From: Nitrosopumilus maritimus SCM1
Lineage (GTDB): Archaea > Thermoproteota > Nitrososphaeria > Nitrososphaerales > Nitrosopumilaceae
Reading direction: 5' to 3'
DNA length: 32,000 bases
Assembly (NCBI RefSeq): GCF_000018465.1
Contig: NC_010085.1
Span: 1,410,001-1,442,000 of the forward strand
The notes beneath the pieces were generated by a model. The model searched no databases. It was not told the DNA's origin and worked only from the letters and a program-made list of their open reading frames with translations. Each line of letters starts with the position of its first letter. Position 1 is the first letter of the stretch. This document shows, piece after piece, positions 26,416 through 32,000 of this stretch. The translations under genes and the position numbers were made by a program.

Positions 26416-27846
26416 CTACATTAATAAAACATCATGAGGCTGACTTTCTGCAAATCCAGCTCTTGACATTTTGATAAATTCTGCATTTTGTTGCATTTGC
26501 GGAATTGTATGAGCTCCACAATAACTCAAGCCAGAGCGAACACCGCCTGCAAGTTGTTTTAGAATATCAGTAACTGTTCCTTTGTAAGGAACCATAGCTT
26601 CAACTCCTTCTGCAACATAGTCATTTAGGTCATCTTCAAGTGAAATTGAGCCTGTTTCTTTTGATTTTCTACCAATTGAGGCTGCAAGAGAAGCCATTCC
26701 ACGATATACTTTGAAACGTTTACCGTTTTTAGTTAAAACTGTACCAGGTGATTCATCAGTTCCACCAAGCATACTTCCAACCATTACAGAAGATGCACCA
26801 GCAGCTAGAGCTTTTGTTGCATCACCAGATGTTCTAGTACCACCATCAGAGATAATTGGAATTCCATGATCATTTCCAATTTTTGCACAATCCATTACAG
26901 CAGTTAATTGTGGAACACCTGAACCAGTAATTACTCTAGTAATACAAATTGAACCAGAACCAACACCAACCTTTACTGCATCAACACCTGCTTTTATCAA
27001 ATCCTCAGCACCTTGAGCAGTTGCAATATTTCCAGCTATTAATTCACAGTCAGGAAATGCTTTCTTGATGTTACGAACTGTACTAATTGCATTTTCACTA
27101 TGACCATGTGCAATATCAACAACAAGAACATCAGCACCTGCATTTAACAAAGATTCACTTCTCTCCAAAAAGTCACCTTTGACACCAACTGCAGCTCCAA
27201 CTAAGGGTCTGCCTTTCTTATCTTTAGATGCATTTGGATAATCAGTATTATTTGTAATATCCTTACTAGTGATTAATCCTTGTATAATACCAGAATCATC
27301 AACGATTGGGAGTTTTTCAATTCTGTGTTTATGTAAAATGTCTTTTGCTTCATCCAAGGATACACCTGGTTTTGCAGTAACAACATCCTTTGTCATTACA
27401 TCAGCAATTGTTCCGTTTGAACCAGCAAAAAGTAAATCTCTTTCAGTGACAATTCCCACTAATTTGGAATTTGAATCAACAACTAACAAACCAGAAATTT
27501 CTTTGTCTTCAGCATAATCTAATGCATCTTGGATGGATTTGTCTGATGAAATAGAATATGGATTCTCGATCATAACGCTGCCTGAACGTTTTACCTTTAG
27601 CACTTCATTTGCCTGCTCCTGAATAGTCAAAAATCTATGAATAATTCCTATTCCTCCAGCACGAGCCATAGCTACAGCCATAGATGACTCTGTAACAGTA
27701 TCCATATTTGCACTCACAAAGGGGATGTTAATTGTGATGTTTCGAGATAATTTTGTGGTCAGATCGGTCTGACTTCTACTCGTAATATCTGAATATTTGG
27801 GTACAAGAAGAACATCATCAAAAGTTAATCCTTCTTTGAATTCCAA
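26416..27846 (-). CDS. guaB: Inosine-5'-monophosphate dehydrogenase with CBS domain pair
   Basis: [15 protein letters not shown]; two CBS repeats; [19 protein letters not shown]; catalytic [20 protein letters not shown]; [12 protein letters not shown]. Confidence 0.96.
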   Translation of the reverse strand: MEFKEGLTFDDVLLVPKYSDITSRSQTDLTTKLSRNITINIPFVSANMDTVTESSMAVAMARAGGIGIIHRFLTIQEQANEVLKVKRSGSVMIENPYSISSDKSIQDALDYAEDKEISGLLVVDSNSKLVGIVTERDLLFAGSNGTIADVMTKDVVTAKPGVSLDEAKDILHKHRIEKLPIVDDSGIIQGLITSKDITNNTDYPNASKDKKGRPLVGAAVGVKGDFLERSESLLNAGADVLVVDIAHGHSENAISTVRNIKKAFPDCELIAGNIATAQGAEDLIKAGVDAVKVGVGSGSICITRVITGSGVPQLTAVMDCAKIGNDHGIPIISDGGTRTSGDATKALAAGASSVMVGSMLGGTDESPGTVLTKNGKRFKVYRGMASLAASIGRKSKETGSISLEDDLNDYVAEGVEAMVPYKGTVTDILKQLAGGVRSGLSYCGAHTIPQMQQNAEFIKMSRAGFAESQPHDVLLM

Positions 27847-27891
27847 TGAAACCTTGTTAAGAAAGTTGAATATTGATTATAAGCCTTTGTG

Positions 27892-28749
27892 TTATTTTTT
27901 CAGGTTTGATGCTATTGTTATTGCATCTTTTGTAGCATTTACGTTATGTGTACGTATAATGTCTGCACCATTAACTACAGATATTGCTTCAGCAGCAATA
28001 GATCCAAACAAGCGATCAGATGGATCTTTTTGTAAAATTTCTCCAAGAAAGGATTTGTTTGAAACTGAGATCAAAACTGGATAGTTTCCTTTGATAGAAT
28101 TCAAATTTTGGATTATAGTTAGATCTCTTTTAACCCAATCAGATTTGATTTTGGTGAAAAATGGTCCGTTTCCTTTTTTTCTAAAAAATCCAATTGAAGG
28201 ATCTAACACAATTTTTTCAGAGGGCACATGAGATTTTTTTGCAATCTTCAAGCTTTCTTGAAGTAATTTTTTTGTAGACATAAGATTGCCCGTTACGGTT
28301 TTTGAACTAAAAGCACACAAGATTAATGATGGCGAAAAATCTGAAATTACATCTTTCATTTTTTCATCATATTTTAAACCAGAAATATCATTGATGATTT
28401 CCACACCATTCTCTAAGGCATCTCTAGCAGGTTTTGCCCTACATGTATCAACAGATATTGGAATATTAGATACATCTTGAATAATTTTTACTGCTTCAAG
28501 TATTCTCTTTGATTCAGTTTTTTCAGATACCATAGTAGAAAGATAGGGTGCAGTAGACATTCCACCTACATCGATAAAATCTACACCATCATTTTCCATT
28601 TCTTTAATAGAATTCTTTATCTGAGTTTTAGTAGTTTGAATAGATTTTTTATAAAATGACTCAGGACTAGTGTTCAAAATACCCATGATGCGAACTGGAT
28701 TTTTACCTCCAACACCCACTTTTGCAATTCTAGTCACATGATTTATCAA
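27892..28749 (-). CDS. Dihydropteroate synthase-like protein
   Basis: VRIMGILNTSPESFYKKS; DGVDFIDVGGMSTAPY; ISVDTCRAKPARDALENGVEIINDISG; EKIVLDPSIGFFR; DIIRTHNVNATKDAI. Start is TTG 28749 or GTG 28737. Confidence 0.85.
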   Translation of the reverse strand: MINHVTRIAKVGVGGKNPVRIMGILNTSPESFYKKSIQTTKTQIKNSIKEMENDGVDFIDVGGMSTAPYLSTMVSEKTESKRILEAVKIIQDVSNIPISVDTCRAKPARDALENGVEIINDISGLKYDEKMKDVISDFSPSLILCAFSSKTVTGNLMSTKKLLQESLKIAKKSHVPSEKIVLDPSIGFFRKKGNGPFFTKIKSDWVKRDLTIIQNLNSIKGNYPVLISVSNKSFLGEILQKDPSDRLFGSIAAEAISVVNGADIIRTHNVNATKDAITIASNLKK

Positions 28750-28771
28750 AAACTAATGCAATTTGAGTCAT

Positions 28772-29506
28772 ATGATGATTTCAGGTTGGAAAGCAAAGTA
28801 TGCAGATATTCTAAAGGAATTCAAATATGATGAGAAAAAAGACAAGGAATCAGCCATATTATTAGATACAATTCTGAAAAAATCAAAAACCATCAAAAAA
28901 ATTCAGGATCTAATTCAAGGAAATACAGTATTGGTAATAGGTTCTGGCCCTTCATTATCACATGCAATTCCAAAATTAAAGAAATTAAAGAGAGTAATCA
29001 TAATTGCAGCTGATAGTTCGTTAAAGCCGTTATTGGAAAATGGAATTGTTCCAGATATTGTTGTAACAGATTTAGATGGAGATGAAAAATCGTTTAAAAA
29101 AATTGCAAAAAGATCAATCTTTGTAGTTCATGCACATGGAGATAATATTGAGAAATTAGAATTTGTAAAAAAATTCAAAAATTGTGTCGGTACTACACAA
29201 ACTAAACCATTTAACAAAATAGAAAATTTTGGAGGATTTACAGATGGAGATAGAGGAGTTTTTCTAGCAAGTTATTTTGAAGCAAAAAAAATTATTCTTT
29301 TTGGCATGGATTTTGGTGACAGGATAGGAAAATTTTCAAATACAAAAAAATCTGAAAGGAAAATAAAATTAATGAAGTTAAAAAAAGGAAAATTACTCTT
29401 AGAGTGGTTATCTACAAAGACAAAATCAGAACTATTTACTACTTCAACTAGTATCAAAGGATTTGAGAAAATTCCATACAAAAGCCTGGATATTATAATT
29501 ACCTAG
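28772..29506 (+). CDS. mptE: 6-hydroxymethyl-7,8-dihydropterin pyrophosphokinase, archaeal type (DUF115/MptE family)
   Basis: TVLVIGSGPSLSHAIPKLKKLKRVIIIAADSSLKPLLENGIVPDIVVTDLDGD; VVHAHGDN; GGFTDGDRGVFLASYFEAKKIILFGMDFGD. Start moved from TTG 28763 to ATG 28772. Confidence 0.88.
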   Translation: MMISGWKAKYADILKEFKYDEKKDKESAILLDTILKKSKTIKKIQDLIQGNTVLVIGSGPSLSHAIPKLKKLKRVIIIAADSSLKPLLENGIVPDIVVTDLDGDEKSFKKIAKRSIFVVHAHGDNIEKLEFVKKFKNCVGTTQTKPFNKIENFGGFTDGDRGVFLASYFEAKKIILFGMDFGDRIGKFSNTKKSERKIKLMKLKKGKLLLEWLSTKTKSELFTTSTSIKGFEKIPYKSLDIIIT

Positions 29507-29541
29507 AATGCATTTAATACCCATTCCTCATTTATCAAATT

Positions 29542-30114
29542 ATGAAATTTTCAGAGGAACAAATGAAGGGAATTGTTACTTTGAAGGAAAGTTTGATCGA
29601 ACAAGTTGACAAACATCAAGAAGCAATAGAGGCTTTAGAAAAAAATATTACAATTTTAGATATGTTCCTAAAAGAATCTAGTTTTACCAAAGCATCACAA
29701 TTACCACCAGCAGAAAAAATCGAACCACAAAAAATCAAAGAATCAGTCAAAGAAGTACAAAATTCAATCCCAATTACGCAAGGAAAAGATGGTAAAGTCA
29801 TTGCTAATGCCTTTGTTACGCCTGAGCAGGTATCAATTGTGTTAGATGACAATGTAGAGATTAGTGCAGATACTCCTCCTTTCAAATCATTTTTCCTAGA
29901 CAGAATCATCGGTGAAATGAAAAAGAAAGACTCAACTGATGCAGAAAATGGAAAAATCCAAAGAGAATCAATGATAGATTACATCATTAACAAAAATGGT
30001 TCAGACATTAGAGAAATCATTATCAAAAATTACAGACAAAAAGAAAGAGTCAATGAATTGATCAATACCGCAGGATGGTCATTGTCAAGAATGCTGGAGA
30101 ATATTAACAAGTGA
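29542..30114 (+). CDS. Conserved-looking hypothetical protein with N-terminal coiled coil
   Basis: 190 aa; KESLIEQVDKHQEAIEALEKNITILDMFLKES heptad pattern; basic/helical C-terminal domain; 4 nt before the guaA start. Confidence 0.65.
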   Translation: MKFSEEQMKGIVTLKESLIEQVDKHQEAIEALEKNITILDMFLKESSFTKASQLPPAEKIEPQKIKESVKEVQNSIPITQGKDGKVIANAFVTPEQVSIVLDDNVEISADTPPFKSFFLDRIIGEMKKKDSTDAENGKIQRESMIDYIINKNGSDIREIIIKNYRQKERVNELINTAGWSLSRMLENINK

Positions 30115-30118
30115 TTAC

Positions 30119-31642
30119 ATGGACAAGATTGTAGTTTTAGATTTTGGATCACAGTATAGTCATTTGATTTGTAGAAGAATAAGAGAATTTTCAGTATATG
30201 CAGAACTAGTTCCTTTTGATATTAGCTATGAAGAGTTGCAAAAACACAATCCAAAAGGAATAATTTTTTCAGGCGGTCCATCTAGTGTTTATAGTTCTGA
30301 TGCACCAGTTCCAGAAAGTAAAATTTTTGATATGAATTTACCGTTACTTGGAATTTGTTACGGTCATCAATTAATTGTAAACAAGTACGGAGGTAAAGTA
30401 AAAAGAGCAAACAAAGAATACGGTTCCTCATTACTAACAATTGACAATGATAAAGATTTGCTAAATGGTGTCGGTGAATCAGTAAGGGCATGGATGAGTC
30501 ACGGGGATGAAGCTGAAGAAATTCCTCCAGGATTCCAAGTCATAGGACATACAGAAAGTGCAAAAGCAGCTGCAATAGCATCAGATGAAAAATCAGTTTA
30601 TGGAATTCAATTCCATCCAGAAGTTGTTCACACAGAACAAGGTACAGAAATTCTCAAAAATTTTGTGTTAAAAGTTTGTGGGGCAAAACAAGACTGGACA
30701 ATGGAGGGTTTTATCGATTCGGCAGTAGAAAAAATCTCAAAAATTGAGGGTAACGTGCTTTGTGGAGTCAGCGGAGGCATAGATTCCACTGTAGCGGCAT
30801 TGTTAATTCACAAAGCCATAGGAGACAGACTCAAGTGTGTTTTTGTCAATAATGGATTGCTTAGACTAAACGAAGAAACAGAGATTGAAACTATGTTCAA
30901 AGATAATTTCAATGTAAATTTTACATCAATTAACGCAGTAGATAGTTTTCTTGACAAGCTCAAAGGAGTTGAAGACCCAGAAAAGAAGAGAAAGATTGTT
31001 GGTGAAGAATTTGTTAATGTATTTACAGAATTTGCTGAAAAGAACGGTCCATTCAAATGGTTAGCTCAAGGAACTCTATATCCAGATGTGATTGAAAGCG
31101 GAGTTTCAAAAGGACCAGCTGATGTAATAAAATCACATCACAATGTAGGAGGACTACCTGACTGGCTCAATTTAGAAATTTTAGAGCCATTAAGAGAACT
31201 ATACAAAGATGAAGTAAGAATGATTGCAAAAATTCTTGAAGTTCCAGAAAAACTTTTCATGAGACATCCTTTCCCAGGACCAGGATTGGCTGTAAGAATC
31301 ATCGGAGAAGTTACACCAACAAAACTCCAAATCTCAAAAGTTGCAAGTAAAATTGTAGAAGACGAACTAGTTGAAGCCGGTCTGTATGGAAAAGTTTGGC
31401 AAGCTTATGCAGCAGTAGGAGATGATAGGGCAGTAGGTGTTGTTGGAGATGAGAGAAAATACGGAAATATTGTAATGATCAGAGTTGTTGATTCAATTGA
31501 TGCAATGACTGCAGATTGGACAAGATTACCACACGGATTGTTAGAAAAGATGAGCAACAGAATAACAAATGAGATTGAAGATGTAACTTGGGTGACATAT
31601 ACTATATCAAGCAAGCCTCCTGCCACAATTGAGCCTCAATAG
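30119..31642 (+). CDS. guaA: GMP synthase (glutamine-hydrolysing)
   Basis: LGICYGHQLIVNKYGG, GIQFHPEVVHTEQG, LCGVSGGIDSTVAALLIHKAIGDRLKCVFVNNGLLRLNE, MRHPFPGPGLAVRIIGE, C-terminal SSKPPATIEPQ. Confidence 0.97.
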   Translation: MDKIVVLDFGSQYSHLICRRIREFSVYAELVPFDISYEELQKHNPKGIIFSGGPSSVYSSDAPVPESKIFDMNLPLLGICYGHQLIVNKYGGKVKRANKEYGSSLLTIDNDKDLLNGVGESVRAWMSHGDEAEEIPPGFQVIGHTESAKAAAIASDEKSVYGIQFHPEVVHTEQGTEILKNFVLKVCGAKQDWTMEGFIDSAVEKISKIEGNVLCGVSGGIDSTVAALLIHKAIGDRLKCVFVNNGLLRLNEETEIETMFKDNFNVNFTSINAVDSFLDKLKGVEDPEKKRKIVGEEFVNVFTEFAEKNGPFKWLAQGTLYPDVIESGVSKGPADVIKSHHNVGGLPDWLNLEILEPLRELYKDEVRMIAKILEVPEKLFMRHPFPGPGLAVRIIGEVTPTKLQISKVASKIVEDELVEAGLYGKVWQAYAAVGDDRAVGVVGDERKYGNIVMIRVVDSIDAMTADWTRLPHGLLEKMSNRITNEIEDVTWVTYTISSKPPATIEPQ

Positions 31643-31651
31643 GTGAACAAT

Positions 31652-32000
31652 ATGGAATATGAGAAAATTTGTGATGAGATTTTAGGATGTGATAAAAAAA
31701 TCAGATATGTTGGAGTGTATGATTATGGAGAATTACATGATAAAATGCGTCCAGGAGTAGAAAGTTTTCTATCAAGAGAAGAAACAGAGTTGTCATTATC
31801 TCAAGCAGTTTATCGTTGGTCAACACGTAAAAAAACATCAGATAAAATTGGAAAACCAGAATTTGCACTAGCAAAATATGAGAAAATCTACAGAGTAACA
31901 GTACCAGTTGGAGGTGCAGGGTTGATTTTGTTCAGTACAGAAGTAGATGCCAATGTAAATGAGATAATTGACAAAGTTATTGAAATCAAAAATAAATACT
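31652..32000 (+). CDS. Hypothetical protein, 5' part only (runs off right edge)
   Basis: Hand translation from ATG 31652: MEYEKICDEILGCDKKIRYVGVYDYGELHDKMRPGVESFLSREETELSLSQAVYRWSTRKKTSDKIGKPEFALAKYEKIYRVTVPVGGAGLILFSTEVDANVNEIIDKVIEIKNKY. Open to the edge; not in the ORF track. Confidence 0.7.
   Translation, partial: MEYEKICDEILGCDKKIRYVGVYDYGELHDKMRPGVESFLSREETELSLSQAVYRWSTRKKTSDKIGKPEFALAKYEKIYRVTVPVGGAGLILFSTEVDANVNEIIDKVIEIKNKY

Noticed and set aside
1-32000. Search by eye for CRISPR arrays, transposases, integrases, att-like tRNA duplications and defence or toxin genes
   Set aside because: No regularly spaced repeats, no mobile-element proteins, and no second copy of the tRNA 3' end noticed in the window; gene content looks like core genome.

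Overview
The window is a compact, AT-rich, single-circular-chromosome-style archaeal segment. Product content and protein signatures (1734-aa S-layer protein, TiaS, MptE, Csl4, archaeal initiator tRNA) point to an ammonia-oxidising thaumarchaeon, Nitrosopumilus-like. From left to right it holds: a partial subtilase running off the left edge; a signal-peptide plus C-terminal-TM extracellular protein; a very large S-layer protein; a threonine synthase coupled to a MoaD/ThiS-E1 fusion protein; a near-complete histidine operon (hisG-D-C-HAD phosphatase-B-H-A-F-I, all minus strand, tightly or overlappingly spaced); class II-like HMG-CoA reductase; a PQQ-type sugar dehydrogenase-like protein; an initiator tRNA-Met; tiaS; dph2; a TPR protein; an MDR-family reductase; exosome csl4; prephenate dehydratase; guaB; a dihydropteroate-synthase-like protein; mptE; a coiled-coil orphan; guaA; and a partial conserved hypothetical. 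Two edge ORFs absent from the supplied track were recovered by hand translation (1..627 minus, 31652..32000 plus). I saw no CRISPR array, transposase, phage module or defence system, and I do not claim a previously undescribed system. The strongest second-look items are the MoaD/E1 fusion coupled to threonine synthase, an inverted repeat abutting the putative S-layer promoter, a GTP-to-pterin gene neighbourhood with an almost absent divergent spacer, and an MDR reductase lacking the usual catalytic zinc ligands.
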